From Deltaproteobacteria bacterium (lineage in GTDB: Bacteria > Desulfobacterota > Dissulfuribacteria > Dissulfuribacterales > DYLC01), in the NCBI GenBank assembly GCA_028695735.1, contig JAQVIJ010000007.1, forward strand, positions 5,155-69,154: a stretch of DNA of 64,000 bases, read 5' to 3'. Below the pieces are notes generated by a model. It was not told the DNA's origin and searched no databases. It saw nothing but the letters and a program-made list of their open reading frames with translations. Below are positions 39,923-50,499 of the stretch, piece after piece. Each line of letters begins with the position of its first letter. Position 1 is the stretch's first letter. A program made the translations under genes and the position numbers.

Positions 39923-40363
39923 TTAAATGGTATCCCTCATGCCTGAATAGCGATGAGTGATGCGTTTGTGACAACTCCAGCACTGCCGATCCTTTTGAAT
40001 GTGCGCCACCGCCTCTGCGTGGCAGCGGATACAGTTGGCCTGCAATACCTCCCTGGCGTGTTCGGACGCATGAATCTCGTCCGGCACCCGGCCTGAGTGA
40101 AATACATACATGTCCTTCATGCCGTCCAGAGACTTCCAGACGTAATAGGCCGCCTGGTTCTGATGCGGCAGATGGCACTCCACGCACCATTTTCGACTGT
40201 GTGCGCCTGCCTTGCCCCAGGCCGTGTACTCCGCCTCCATCACATGGCAGGATGCGCAATACACGGGTTCACTGGTCTTGGCCATGATCTTGGGAACGGT
40301 CATGAGCATGACCAGGCCCAAAACAGCCACTACAACTAACCCTACGGTTACATAGACCTTCAT
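39923..40363 (-). CDS. nrfH: Cytochrome c nitrite reductase small subunit
   Basis: TM anchor, CASCHVM, four CxxCH; upstream of nrfA. Confidence 0.92.
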   Translation of the reverse strand: MKVYVTVGLVVVAVLGLVMLMTVPKIMAKTSEPVYCASCHVMEAEYTAWGKAGAHSRKWCVECHLPHQNQAAYYVWKSLDGMKDMYVFHSGRVPDEIHASEHAREVLQANCIRCHAEAVAHIQKDRQCWSCHKRITHRYSGMRDTI

Positions 40364-40449
40364 GCCTTCCTCCTTTCTATGGGTTTTCATTGCCTTCAGA
40401 TGCCCTTATGCCATGGTATGAGAAAAGACACCTTCAGCACTGTGTTCCC

Positions 40450-40514
40450 ATCATACTGTGACAATGAGTAAATGTGTGTTGAATGAAATTGCTGGATTGT
40501 TAAAGATGTTACAA
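40450..40514 (-). promoter_or_regulatory. Putative nrfH promoter with a CRP/FNR-family (HcpR-like) site
   Basis: Palindrome TTGTTA-N6-TTACAA at 40497-40514; -10 TATGAT at 40455-40450. Confidence 0.6.
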
Positions 40515-40519
40515 GGTTC

Positions 40520-41992
40520 TTACGGGGCTGGAGCTTGCGGAGTGCCTTTGGCACAAGGGGAATTCGCGATGGAATCTAAACAGATTTTGACCGCCTCTTC
40601 GATGCGCTTTACGCAGATTGCCTGAGTTGGGACCTGAGTCTTGGCGTGTGGATTAAAGGGTATGAGGCAGGTCTTGATGCCCATTCGCACCGCCTCGTTC
40701 ATGCGTGCCTCCCACTGGGTTACGGGGCGAATCTCGCCTGTCAAGCCGATTTCACCAAATACGGCCCTATCCGACAAGAGGGGTATGGCCTTGAAGCTCG
40801 ACAGAATGGCCATGACCACTCCCAGGTCTGCCGCTGTCTCGGTGATGCGGAAGCCGCCTGCCACATTTACGAAGACATCCTGGTCGTAGAGCCGCAGGTT
40901 CAGATACTTCTCGCATACGGCAAGCAGCATGGCCAAGCGGTTACTGTCAAAGCCGGTGGAGGTGCGCCTGGGGTTTGTCAGATAGGAGCGAGTGACCAGG
41001 GCCTGTATCTCCACTAAAATGGGCCTGGTGCCCTCTATACAGGGTGTGATGACCGAGCCAAAGACATTGGCCTGCCGTTCACTTAAAAAGAAGTGAGAGG
41101 GATTGGCCACATCCTGAAGCCCTGCCGAGGTCATTTCAAAGACGCCGATCTCATGGGTTGGGCCGTAGCGGTTCTTCACAGTGCGCAGAATGCGAAAGGA
41201 TTGGCCACGGTCACCCTCAAAATAGAGCACTGTATCCACCAGATGCTCCAAAAGCCGCGGCCCTGCAATGGCCCCATCCTTGGTGACATGCCCCACCAGA
41301 AACAGGGAGATGGAGAGGGACTTGGCGAACTGCACCATTCTAAAGGTGGCCTCGCGTACCTGGGCCACGCTGCCGGGGGCCGAAGAGATGTCAGGGCAGA
41401 TCAGGGTCTGCACCGAATCTATGACCATGACTTGCGGTTTAACGGCCTTCGCCTCCTCTTGTATGTGTTCCAGGTTGGTGGCGGACAAAAACCATGGTTC
41501 AGAAAGGAGTTTTGAGCCTTCGGTCGTATCCTTTTGAGAAGGCTGTGGTTCTGTTTGTATGTCTTTTAATCGTTGTGCCCTGGCCTTGATCTGGGCAAGG
41601 GATTCCTCTCCGCTCACATACAGGCATGACAGCCCCTGATGGGCCAGATTGCACAGTACCTGCAGAAGGAGGGTGGATTTTCCGATACCAGGTTCCCCTC
41701 CGATGAGCACAACGCCTCCCTGCACCAGACCGCCGCCCAGCACCCGGTCCATCTCTTGGCTTGCTGTGCGAATGCGATTGCCGTTCAGCTCACATGGAAT
41801 GCTGGACAGGCTGATGGCGTGTTCGTCAGCCCAGGGAGTGATGCCCTCGGCCCTACTGCCGTGGGTTTGGGGCTGCTGAACCTCTTCCACCATTGTATGC
41901 CATGCACCACAGCCTGGGCACTGTCCGAACCATTTAGGGGATACCTGGCCGCAATTCTGGCATACAAAGGCTGTCTTTATCCCTTTGCTCAT
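40520..41992 (-). CDS. radA: DNA repair protein RadA/Sms
   Basis: Zn finger CQNC..CPGC, GGEPGIGKSTL, KNRYG. Confidence 0.96.
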   Translation of the reverse strand: MSKGIKTAFVCQNCGQVSPKWFGQCPGCGAWHTMVEEVQQPQTHGSRAEGITPWADEHAISLSSIPCELNGNRIRTASQEMDRVLGGGLVQGGVVLIGGEPGIGKSTLLLQVLCNLAHQGLSCLYVSGEESLAQIKARAQRLKDIQTEPQPSQKDTTEGSKLLSEPWFLSATNLEHIQEEAKAVKPQVMVIDSVQTLICPDISSAPGSVAQVREATFRMVQFAKSLSISLFLVGHVTKDGAIAGPRLLEHLVDTVLYFEGDRGQSFRILRTVKNRYGPTHEIGVFEMTSAGLQDVANPSHFFLSERQANVFGSVITPCIEGTRPILVEIQALVTRSYLTNPRRTSTGFDSNRLAMLLAVCEKYLNLRLYDQDVFVNVAGGFRITETAADLGVVMAILSSFKAIPLLSDRAVFGEIGLTGEIRPVTQWEARMNEAVRMGIKTCLIPFNPHAKTQVPTQAICVKRIEEAVKICLDSIANSPCAKGTPQAPAP

Positions 41993-43383
41993 GGCGGCCC
42001 TCCGGTCTCTGGACCATGGGGTTGTGAAGGCAGAGGCAACTGTACCGTGACCTCAAGTCCTCCTGCCTCAGAATTGCGAAACAGGATCTGGCCGTCCATG
42101 TCCTCCACAAGGCGTTTGACGATGGCAAGCCCCAGACCTGTTCCGCGTGTCTTGGTGGTGACAAATGGTTCAAATACGCGCTCCTGCATTTCTTTAGGAA
42201 TGCCGGGGCCGTTGTCGTTAACCTTTAATTTCAGCAGGTCGTTTTCCACTCTAATCTCAAGCCGCACCTCTGGATTTGCCTGGTCCGCCACTGCATCACA
42301 TGCGTTGTTCAGTAGATTGGTTGAGATCTGTGTGAGTTTTGCCCAGTCAAAGAGGGTTTCAGGGCCTTCGCACACACAGACACAATGCCTATCCGGCCTG
42401 GAGGCGGCCATCTTTTTCATGAGTTCATCACAGAAGGCCTTGGGGGTCATGTGGCCAAGCCCGGTCTGGGCAGGTCTGGCATAGGTGAGCAGGTCCCATG
42501 TGAGCTGTTCCAGGCGCTGGGCCTCCTTGACTATGATCTCCAGGTCATCCCGCAGCTCCTGATGAAGATCCTCCATGAGATGGAGTTGGGCGAAACCCTT
42601 TATGCTGCCCAGGGGGTTTCGAATCTCGTGGGCCAGAGTGGCTGCCATCTCTCCCAGAAACGCCATCTTTTCCTGCTGTTGAAGCCTGGCCGCCAGATTT
42701 TCATTGCGCTTCCATTCCAAAAAGAAGATGAGTGTCAGCGCCCAGAGCGTGAGCAGGGAAAAGGACATGAGTATAAGCTGCACATTGGCCCTGCGTGTTA
42801 TGTTTTCTGCTTCATAGGGGTGAATGGCTATTCTCAACACAGCGGTTCTTTCACGGGTTTCTATCTGTTCAGATATGGGGTGTTCTTCGTCTGCAGAATC
42901 CAGTTTGGAGATGGCGGTCTTCTTGTAAACCGTATCCGTTATGTTGACAGGAAAATCCAGCACAAAGACCATCTCTCCAGTGGCCAGGGGCGTGTAATAA
43001 TACAGCGGCTGCTTTCGCTCCACCACCTTTTCTATATTGTCGTCCGCTATTCTGCGGCCTCGTAATTTTTCGTTGGAATGCAGTATGATGGTGCCATCTT
43101 CGTCATAAAAGGCGAGAAAGGCGATCTCTTCATTTTTGGCTTCCTGCAGGAATTGCTTGAGGACAGTGGGTTCCACGCCCAGTTTTTCCAGAGTGATGCC
43201 CACGTTTACGGCTATGCCCAGGGCACTCTTTTCCAGCAGGTTGCGGGAGGCCTCACGGGAGATGCGGTGCGTGCTGACGGCGCTCAGCACGGTCAAGGCC
43301 GAAAAGAGCGCCAGGATGATGAGGGCGGTGATGCGATAGATGGAATGGCCCCGTAATGTAATGGTTCTGAGTTGATGCCACAT
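41989..43383 (-). CDS. Two-component sensor histidine kinase (ZraS/HydH-like)
   Basis: Two TM helices, LAHEIRNPLGSIKGFAQ H-box, NLLNNA, DNGPG, GTGLGL. Confidence 0.92.
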   Translation of the reverse strand: MWHQLRTITLRGHSIYRITALIILALFSALTVLSAVSTHRISREASRNLLEKSALGIAVNVGITLEKLGVEPTVLKQFLQEAKNEEIAFLAFYDEDGTIILHSNEKLRGRRIADDNIEKVVERKQPLYYYTPLATGEMVFVLDFPVNITDTVYKKTAISKLDSADEEHPISEQIETRERTAVLRIAIHPYEAENITRRANVQLILMSFSLLTLWALTLIFFLEWKRNENLAARLQQQEKMAFLGEMAATLAHEIRNPLGSIKGFAQLHLMEDLHQELRDDLEIIVKEAQRLEQLTWDLLTYARPAQTGLGHMTPKAFCDELMKKMAASRPDRHCVCVCEGPETLFDWAKLTQISTNLLNNACDAVADQANPEVRLEIRVENDLLKLKVNDNGPGIPKEMQERVFEPFVTTKTRGTGLGLAIVKRLVEDMDGQILFRNSEAGGLEVTVQLPLPSQPHGPETGGPP

Positions 43384-43493
43384 GGCCGTATTTTAAGCCA
43401 GATTTTCAAATCTTCCACATAAAAATCCCCTTGCAAAAAAGAAACAATGGGTTATGGTCATTTTTGTATAAACTTCACTCAAGGAGGTGTTCT

Positions 43494-44111
43494 ATGCAGA
43501 AGAATCTGAAAAAACAGCTTGTCGCAATGGTATCAGCCGCCTGCATGTTTGGCATCGCAGGAACGGCCTTGCCTGTGTGGTCAGCCGACAGCACAGCCCC
43601 TGCGCAGGTGGCGGCCGATGACCCGGTTGCCGGTGAAAAGGCCGTGTTCGCCAAGCTCAAAGAGGAGTTCCCAAAGGACCACATCATAAGCGTGGAGCAG
43701 TTCAAAAAGGTCTGGGAGGATGTGTTGGCAGGCAAGATGCCCAATACCTATCTTCTGGACCTGCGCACTCATCCCGAGTTCAACACATTTCATGTCGAGG
43801 GGGCAGACCACATACACGCCGGCCATGTCTATACCATACCCGGCAAGATCAAGGATACCAATGCCACCATCTATCTGCTCTGCCGCACAGGCCACAGGGC
43901 CTACTATGTCGGCCATTTTTTGAGGCAGTATGGCTATAAAAACCTGTGGGTTGTAGATGGCGGTATGGTGGCATGGATGAAGGCCGGATACCCCTTGGTC
44001 AACCAGTTCATGGGGCATTTTACTGCCCAGTATGCAGATTTTCAAAAGGACTATGCACCTGATTTCAGAGAAGACGGCAAGTATCGCGTAAGGGAATTCC
44101 ATCCATATTGA
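43494..44111 (+). CDS. Exported rhodanese-domain sulfurtransferase
   Basis: Sec signal, LLDLRTHPEF, CRTGHR active-site loop, DGGMVAW; AAGGAGG RBS. Confidence 0.88.
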   Translation: MQKNLKKQLVAMVSAACMFGIAGTALPVWSADSTAPAQVAADDPVAGEKAVFAKLKEEFPKDHIISVEQFKKVWEDVLAGKMPNTYLLDLRTHPEFNTFHVEGADHIHAGHVYTIPGKIKDTNATIYLLCRTGHRAYYVGHFLRQYGYKNLWVVDGGMVAWMKAGYPLVNQFMGHFTAQYADFQKDYAPDFREDGKYRVREFHPY

Positions 44112-44134
44112 TGGGGCATAATCCACTGAAATGC

Positions 44135-44160
44135 AAAAGGGCGGATAACCGCCCTTTTTT
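44135..44160 (+). terminator. Rho-independent terminator
   Basis: AAAAGGGCGG-ataa-CCGCCCTTTTTT. Confidence 0.85.
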
Positions 44161-44240
44161 ATTGCATTTTTATTGCTGTATCAACCCACTCACTTCACCC
44201 TTGTAAGGGGGTCTTGCATCATGGAGGGCTGATTATCTCC

Positions 44241-44355
44241 CAGCACGAATTGGAGTTTATCTCCCTCCCCTGACAAAGGGAATCAAGCGCAAAAGAAATC
44301 AACACTGATAGCAGCACGAGTTGGAGGTCATCCCCCTCCCCTGACAAGGGGAGGG
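44241..44355. repeat. Two imperfect direct copies of a ~42-bp REP-like unit
   Basis: CAGCACGARTTGGAG...CCCTCCCCTGACAA at 44241 and 44312; the second forms the hairpin CCCTCCCC-TGACAA-GGGGAGGG. Confidence 0.7.
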
Positions 44356-44379
44356 ATGGTGAGGGGTTAGGTCAGCGCA

Positions 44380-44886
44380 TTATCTCGGAATCAGTTCGTA
44401 GTTGTCGCAGATGCCGTCTCCATCCACATCCACAAAGTTGTTCAGATGCAGGGCCTGGTAGGCCTCCCGAGTCTGAAAGATATCACAGATGCCATCCCCG
44501 TTTTCATCCACGAATGGCACACCGAAGGCCTGATATGTGGGTGTATCCTGCACGATATCGCAGATGCCGTCTCCGTTTTCATCCACAAAGTTCATTCCGC
44601 CTGTAATCTGACGAAAGGTCTCGCGATTCATAAAGGGGTCCTGAGAGGTATCCACGGAGAAGGCCGGATAGTTCTGCGGACCATTGGCCCCGCGAAAGTT
44701 GTGCATGGCACCCATGCCGCTGTTCTGCTGGACCATGCTTGTGGTCTGTTGCATGGTTGTGACCTGCTGAGTGACACCGTTTCCTGTATCCGGAACATTG
44801 GGCGCCATGGCCGCATGGGCGCTGAAGGCCATGGTCATCAGACCAGCTGCAATACCGCCGAAAACAAACTGCATTCCATTTTTCAT
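44380..44886 (-). CDS. Secreted protein with three FVDxxGDGICD repeats
   Basis: Signal peptide ending AHA, Met/Gln-rich linker, three DxDGDG-type loops; GGAGG RBS. Confidence 0.85.
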   Translation of the reverse strand: MKNGMQFVFGGIAAGLMTMAFSAHAAMAPNVPDTGNGVTQQVTTMQQTTSMVQQNSGMGAMHNFRGANGPQNYPAFSVDTSQDPFMNRETFRQITGGMNFVDENGDGICDIVQDTPTYQAFGVPFVDENGDGICDIFQTREAYQALHLNNFVDVDGDGICDNYELIPR

Positions 44887-44928
44887 AAGAGATCCTCCTA
44901 TTGATTTATTTTTGTTGTTTTTTTATAA

Positions 44929-45030
44929 AGCCAAAAGCATGCCAATATAAAAGCCAACAAAAACAATAGGTTAAAAGTGGAGGTCTTGGAGTTTTTCGAC
45001 AATTGTCTTGTTTTTTCGACAAAAACGTCG
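44929..45030 (-). promoter_or_regulatory. Sigma-54 promoter with putative IHF site and upstream activator sites
   Basis: TGGCATGCTTTTGGCT (GG-N10-GC) at 44944-44929; AAACAATAGGTTA at 44961-44973; CGACAA repeats at 44997 and 45017. Confidence 0.7.
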
Positions 45031-45083
45031 TTTTGCCTATGGTGAGACAACCCTGTATATTCGTTCTAACATATCTGTTTGAA

Positions 45084-46850
45084 TCAGATACTGATGACTC
45101 GCAGCACCTCTTCGGGTGTGGTGATGTGTTGCAGTACCTTCCGCAGGCCGTCATGCTGCATGGAGGTCATGCCGTCCTTGAGCGCCTGGTCATAGATAGC
45201 CTGTTCACTGGCCCGGCCATGAATGAGTTCCTTGATGGCATCGGTCACAGTCAATATCTCATATATGCCTATTCTGCCCCAAAAACCCGTATTGCGGCAC
45301 TTTGTGCAGCCTTTTCCGTAGGCGATGGTGGGCTTCTCCTGGGCATTTTGCGGGTATGCGCGCATGTAGCCCAGCGGCGCCAGGTCTTGAGGGGTTACGG
45401 TCAGTTCGGTCTTGCAGGCAGGGCAGATCATGCGCACCAGGCGTTGGCCCACCACGCCGAGCAGTGTGGACGAGATGAGATAGTCCTCCAGCCCCAGGTC
45501 TTTGAGCCTTGTGACGGCGCCGGCTGCATCGTTGGTGTGCAGAGTGGAGAACACGAGATGGCCGGTCAGAGCGGCCTGGATGGCATATCGGGCGGTCTCC
45601 AGGTCACGGATCTCGCCCACCATTATGATGTCAGGGTCCTGGCGCAGGATGTTGCGCAGGATGCTGGAGAAGGTCACATCGATATGCGGTTGTACGGCTA
45701 TCTGGTTGAAGTCCTCGTGAATCATCTCCACGGGGTCCTCGATGCTCACGATGTTGACAGCGGGTGTACTCAGGTGCCTGAGGGTGGAGTAGAGCGTGGT
45801 GGACTTGCCGCTTCCGGTAGGGCCTGTCATGAGCACGATGCCGTGGGTGTGTTGCAGTATCTTTTGATAGCTTTGAAGGTCATGCTCCGAGAAGCCCAGT
45901 TCCGTCAGGTCCTTGAAGAGTATATCGGCGCTTTGCAGCCTCAACACCACCTTTTCGCCGAAGGCCACCGGCACTGTGGAGACACGCACCTCCGCCTCCT
46001 GGCCTTTCCATGCGATCTTGAGTCTGCCGTCTTGGGGCCTGCGTTTTTCCGCTATGTCCAGACGGGACATGGCCTTTACGCGAGTGGAGATGGCCTCGTG
46101 CACTGTTCGGGGCAGACGATAGACAGTGTGCAGCATGCCGTCTATGCGCAGGCGGATCCAGGTCTCGTTTCGTTTGGGTTCTATATGTATGTCGCTGGCC
46201 CGCTGCTCCATGGCATACTGGAGCAGGTGGTCCACCGCCTTCTGAATGTGCTTGTCCGATGCCGCGATTTCCGGGGATGCAAGGGAGATGTATTGCTCCA
46301 GATTGGAGATATCTACGGCGTTAGGATCATAAAGCGCTGTTTCAGCAGCCAGAATGGAGCGTTTGAAGTCAAAGAAGTCTCGAATGATATAGTCGATATC
46401 GGCCTTGGGCGCTGTTATCAGCTGTATCTCACCGTGAAAGACCCGTTCGATATCCTCCTTCAGTTCCTTGTCGAGGGGGTTGTAGCAGGCGGCGGTCAAC
46501 AGCCCGTCCTGCATTTTTATGGGCAAGACCAGCCTTTTTCGTGCAAAAGAGGCAGGGAGCAGCCTGGTGACCGTATCCATCTCCAGTTTCAGGGGATCAA
46601 GTCTCATGAAAGGCCAGCCCCTGTCCTGTGCGATCAGGCTCAGGATATCGGCCTCTTCAAGAATGCCTTTGCCGTCGGCCTTGTTCATGTGCAAGCCGCT
46701 CAACCATTGTACCAGGTCCTGTCCCCTCCTTTGGGCCACTACTGTGCGCGGGGTCAATTGCAGTATCTGCTCTTGTGTGAGCAGGTTATGGCTGCGCAGC
46801 AGATTGAAGATGTAGTTTGCGTCATGATAGGGGTGTGTCGTGTTGTGCAT
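45084..46850 (-). CDS. GspE/PulE/PilB-family secretion ATPase
   Basis: ASDIHIEP, PQDGR, GPTGSGKSTT, LRQDPD, TGHLVFSTLHTN, Cys motifs. Confidence 0.93.
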   Translation of the reverse strand: MHNTTHPYHDANYIFNLLRSHNLLTQEQILQLTPRTVVAQRRGQDLVQWLSGLHMNKADGKGILEEADILSLIAQDRGWPFMRLDPLKLEMDTVTRLLPASFARKRLVLPIKMQDGLLTAACYNPLDKELKEDIERVFHGEIQLITAPKADIDYIIRDFFDFKRSILAAETALYDPNAVDISNLEQYISLASPEIAASDKHIQKAVDHLLQYAMEQRASDIHIEPKRNETWIRLRIDGMLHTVYRLPRTVHEAISTRVKAMSRLDIAEKRRPQDGRLKIAWKGQEAEVRVSTVPVAFGEKVVLRLQSADILFKDLTELGFSEHDLQSYQKILQHTHGIVLMTGPTGSGKSTTLYSTLRHLSTPAVNIVSIEDPVEMIHEDFNQIAVQPHIDVTFSSILRNILRQDPDIIMVGEIRDLETARYAIQAALTGHLVFSTLHTNDAAGAVTRLKDLGLEDYLISSTLLGVVGQRLVRMICPACKTELTVTPQDLAPLGYMRAYPQNAQEKPTIAYGKGCTKCRNTGFWGRIGIYEILTVTDAIKELIHGRASEQAIYDQALKDGMTSMQHDGLRKVLQHITTPEEVLRVISI

Positions 46851-46854
46851 GGTA

Positions 46855-47712
46855 TCAGGCCTTATTGGGTTTGAGCATGAGGGTTACCTCGTTCAGTACG
46901 GCATATCGCTCCAGTTCCTTCTCCAGCAGGCGCACATATGGACAGTCGGTAATGGCCAGCAGCGTGTCCCGTTCCAGGGAGACATGGGGCTTGTCCGGCT
47001 GTTGTTCCAGCACATAGGCGAAGATTTGCGGCTTTCTGCATACATTCGGGCGTTTTTCATAGATATTACAGCGCATATTCCCAGTGAGATGCGGGCAGGA
47101 AGCGCCTTTGGTGAGGATCAGGCTGTAGCCATGGCGCCAGTGATAAACCGCAGGCGGCAGCAGGTGGAACGGCCTTTCGTCTATTTGGAAAATATCGGCG
47201 GAACAGGCATCAAAACCGCCCTGAAACGGGGTTTCGATGGGCTGAAATGCAAAAAGTGAAAGCTCTTGAGGCTGAAGTGGGATTTCGAAGAATTCCTGCA
47301 CTGCGTCTGGTTCCGGCCCTTTACAGCATAGGGCGCATTTCATGGAGGCACAGAACAGGGAATTGACTGTCTCCAGTTCCGCCTCCATGACCTGTTGCTT
47401 GAGCAGACACAATACGGTTGAGAACATGTCCAGGGTGTCATTGCCTTCGTTTATCACCACAGGAAGCCCGTTGCCGCCGCTCCCCTGCCGCAGAAGCCCA
47501 AGCCATTGAGTGTTCATGTGCACATGAGTGAGTTTTGAGGCGGGGTCTTCATATATCGTTTCGTCCACGCTCAATTCCGGTGGAAGCGCCTGCAGGAGTT
47601 CCTCCCATGTCTCATAAGGGCTGGTCAGGTAGAGCAGGATGCAGAGTTTTGTCAGGGGCCAGAGGGGGTGCTTCAGGTGGTGCAATCCGGCTTTCCATTC
47701 AGCGCTGTTCAT
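46855..47712 (-). CDS. YkgJ-like Cys-cluster (zinc/iron-chelating) protein
   Basis: [10 protein letters not shown]...CPHL...[11 protein letters not shown] pattern. Confidence 0.75.
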   Translation of the reverse strand: MNSAEWKAGLHHLKHPLWPLTKLCILLYLTSPYETWEELLQALPPELSVDETIYEDPASKLTHVHMNTQWLGLLRQGSGGNGLPVVINEGNDTLDMFSTVLCLLKQQVMEAELETVNSLFCASMKCALCCKGPEPDAVQEFFEIPLQPQELSLFAFQPIETPFQGGFDACSADIFQIDERPFHLLPPAVYHWRHGYSLILTKGASCPHLTGNMRCNIYEKRPNVCRKPQIFAYVLEQQPDKPHVSLERDTLLAITDCPYVRLLEKELERYAVLNEVTLMLKPNKA

Positions 47713-49583
47713 GACGTCACCATCTGAAGGGCCGCCTCCACCATGGAATTACAGTCAAGGCCTATGAGCTCTTTGAGTCTTGCAGGGCTTCCGTGCTCGA
47801 TGAACCGGTCCGGAATGCCGAGCCGTTTCACTTTCGCCGTTATGTCCATGTCGTGCAATGCCTCCATGACTGCTGAGCCGAAGCCGCCCATCAGAGCGTT
47901 TTCTTCCACTGTGAGAAACCTGGGCTGCTGCTGGGCGAGGTTTCTCAACATTTGGGTGTCCATGGGCTTTATGTACCGTGCGTTTATGACAGAGGCGGAG
48001 ACGCCCTGTTTTATGAGGATGTCCGCTGCCTGCAAGGCTGTGTGTGACAGCGGCCCTGCGGCCAGGATGTGCAGGTCCGAGCCGTGTCTGATCTGCTCCC
48101 ATCGTCCGTGTTCCAGCCTTGTACAGCGCCAGTCCAGGCTGACTCCGATGCCGGCGCCTCGCGGGTAACGTATGGCAGTGGGGCCGTTGTGCTGAAGCGC
48201 GGTGTAGAGCATGGATTGCAGTTCGTTTTCGTCCCTGGGGGTCATGAGAGTGAGGTTCGGAACGGCCCTAAGAAACGAGATGTCGAAGGCCCCGTGATGT
48301 GTCGGGCCGTCGTCTCCCACCAGACCACCCCGATCTATGGCAAAGACCACGGGCAGATTGGAGAGACAGACGTCGTGAATGATCTGGTCGTATGCCCGCT
48401 GCAGAAATGTGGAGTAGATGGCCACCACCGGCCTCATGCCCTCTAATGCCAGACCTGCCGCAAATGTCACCGCATGCTGTTCCGAGATGCCCACATCGAA
48501 AAATCGGTCAGGGAATGCCTTGGCGAATGCAGAAAGCCCTGTTCCGCTGGGCATGGCGGCTGTGATGGCCATGATGCGGTCGTCGTCTCCTGCAAGCCTC
48601 ACCAGGGTCTGGCCGAATATCTCCGTGTATGACGGAGGAGAGGAGGTGCTTTTTGCCTTTGGTTTGCCTGTGGCTATGTCGAATGGTCCTACGCCGTGAA
48701 ATGCCTCGGGATGTTCCTCGGCGGGTGCGTATCCCCTGCCTTTTTTCGTGAGCACATGCACCAGCACAGGCCCATCTATCCCCTTGATGTTTTTGAAGGT
48801 TTCAATGAGCACCTCCAGGTTGTGGCCCGGAAGCGGACCGATGTATTCGAACTGAAGGGCCTCGAAGAGCATGCCTGGCGTCAGCAGGGCCTTCAGGGAG
48901 TCCTCGCTGCGTTTCAGCAGACTCCATATCTGCTCTCCCATGTCGGAGCGTTTCAGAAAGCCCTCCATATCCCGTTTTATGCGGGATGCGAACTTGCCTG
49001 TGAGTTTTCTGCTGAGAAAGGAGGAAAGGGCGCCTACATTGGGAGAGATGGACATCTCGTTGTCGTTCAGTATGACTATGAGGTCCTTTTTGAGGTGCCC
49101 TGCGTTGTTGAGGGCCTCGAAGGCCATGCCTGCGGTCATGGAGCCGTCACCTATTACGGCTATGACATGATTTTTGGCCTTTCTGTATTGCAACGCGGTG
49201 GCCATGCCCAGACCAGCGGAGATGGATGTGCTGGAATGGCCTGTGTCTATGCAGTCGTAGGGGCTTTCGGCCCGTTTGGGAAATCCGCTGATGCCGCCGT
49301 ATTGGCGCAGCGTATGAAACCTGTCCATGCGGCCTGTGAGCAGCTTGTGGCTGTATGCCTGGTGGCCCACATCCCAGATGATGCGGTCGAAGGGGGCATC
49401 GAATACATAGTGAAGCGCTATGGTGAGCTCCACCACGCCCAGATTCGGCGCCAGGTGGCCGCCGGTCTCGGCCACTGTTTCCACGATCTTTCTGCGCAGG
49501 TCCTGGGCCAGAAGTGTCATTTGTTTGATATTCAGGCCCTTGAGATCGTCAGGGGATTTTATGTTTGAAAGTATTCCATACAT
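47709..49583 (-). CDS. dxs: 1-deoxy-D-xylulose-5-phosphate synthase
   Basis: [44 protein letters not shown]. Confidence 0.98.
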   Translation of the reverse strand: MYGILSNIKSPDDLKGLNIKQMTLLAQDLRRKIVETVAETGGHLAPNLGVVELTIALHYVFDAPFDRIIWDVGHQAYSHKLLTGRMDRFHTLRQYGGISGFPKRAESPYDCIDTGHSSTSISAGLGMATALQYRKAKNHVIAVIGDGSMTAGMAFEALNNAGHLKKDLIVILNDNEMSISPNVGALSSFLSRKLTGKFASRIKRDMEGFLKRSDMGEQIWSLLKRSEDSLKALLTPGMLFEALQFEYIGPLPGHNLEVLIETFKNIKGIDGPVLVHVLTKKGRGYAPAEEHPEAFHGVGPFDIATGKPKAKSTSSPPSYTEIFGQTLVRLAGDDDRIMAITAAMPSGTGLSAFAKAFPDRFFDVGISEQHAVTFAAGLALEGMRPVVAIYSTFLQRAYDQIIHDVCLSNLPVVFAIDRGGLVGDDGPTHHGAFDISFLRAVPNLTLMTPRDENELQSMLYTALQHNGPTAIRYPRGAGIGVSLDWRCTRLEHGRWEQIRHGSDLHILAAGPLSHTALQAADILIKQGVSASVINARYIKPMDTQMLRNLAQQQPRFLTVEENALMGGFGSAVMEALHDMDITAKVKRLGIPDRFIEHGSPARLKELIGLDCNSMVEAALQMVTS

Positions 49584-49584
49584 G

Positions 49585-50499
49585 TCAGTGGTCCCGTTTC
49601 ATTATATATTCCGCTATGGCCTTGAGTGGTGTGGCCTGGTCGCCCAGTATCTGAATGTCCTGAATGGCGAGTTCACAGAGTTCCTGCATCCTTTCTTTTG
49701 CCTGTTTCATGCCGTGAACAGCAGGCCATGTAGCCTTTTTTTTGCGTTCATCCGAGCCCCTGGCCTTGCCCATGGTCTTTTCGTCCCCTTCGATGTCCAG
49801 TATGTCGTCGCGAATCTGAAACGCAAGTCCTGTGCGGGTCCCGTAATCCACCAGGGCCTGCATGTCCCGCGGGCCTGCCTCCGCCAGGATTCCCCCCAGC
49901 AGCACAGACGCCCGAAGCAGGGCGCCGGTCTTCCGGTCATGGATATAGTCCAGTTCCTGAAAGGAGATATTCGTGCCCTCCAACTCCATATCGGCGGTCT
50001 GGCCGCCTACCATGCCGTTCATGCCTGCGGCCTGTGCAATTACGTGTATGGCCCGCAGCCTCACTTCGGCAGGTGCGGCATGCCCCTCTTCAAAAGCGGA
50101 GCAGATTTCAAATGCCAGGGTCAGGAGCCCGTCTCCAGCCAGGATTGCCAGGGCCTCGCCGAATTTTTTGTGACATGTGGGCAAACCGCGTCTCAGGTCG
50201 TCATTGTCCATGGCAGGCAGGTCATCGTGTATCAGGGAATAGGTGTGAATACATTCCATGGCGCATGCAAACGGCATGGCCCTCTCCAATGGCAAACCGG
50301 TTTTGTTGGTGGCGTCAAAGGCGGCCAATGTCAGAATGGGCCGCAGCCGCTTGCCGCCTGCCATCAGGCTGTAGCGCATGGCCTCGAAGAGCCTGGCCGC
50401 CGGCGAGCGATCCGTGGGAATGAGCCGTTCGAGAGAGGCGTTTATTATGTGTTTTCGTCCTTCAAGGTATGTCTTCAGTGAAAAAGGAGCGGCGTTCAT
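49585..50499 (-). CDS. ispA: Geranyltranstransferase / FPP synthase
   Basis: [31 protein letters not shown]. Confidence 0.95.
   Translation of the reverse strand: MNAAPFSLKTYLEGRKHIINASLERLIPTDRSPAARLFEAMRYSLMAGGKRLRPILTLAAFDATNKTGLPLERAMPFACAMECIHTYSLIHDDLPAMDNDDLRRGLPTCHKKFGEALAILAGDGLLTLAFEICSAFEEGHAAPAEVRLRAIHVIAQAAGMNGMVGGQTADMELEGTNISFQELDYIHDRKTGALLRASVLLGGILAEAGPRDMQALVDYGTRTGLAFQIRDDILDIEGDEKTMGKARGSDERKKKATWPAVHGMKQAKERMQELCELAIQDIQILGDQATPLKAIAEYIMKRDH

Noticed and set aside
45003-46874. 623-aa plus-strand ORF
   Set aside because: Exact antisense of the conserved GspE/PilB ATPase; codon-bias shadow.
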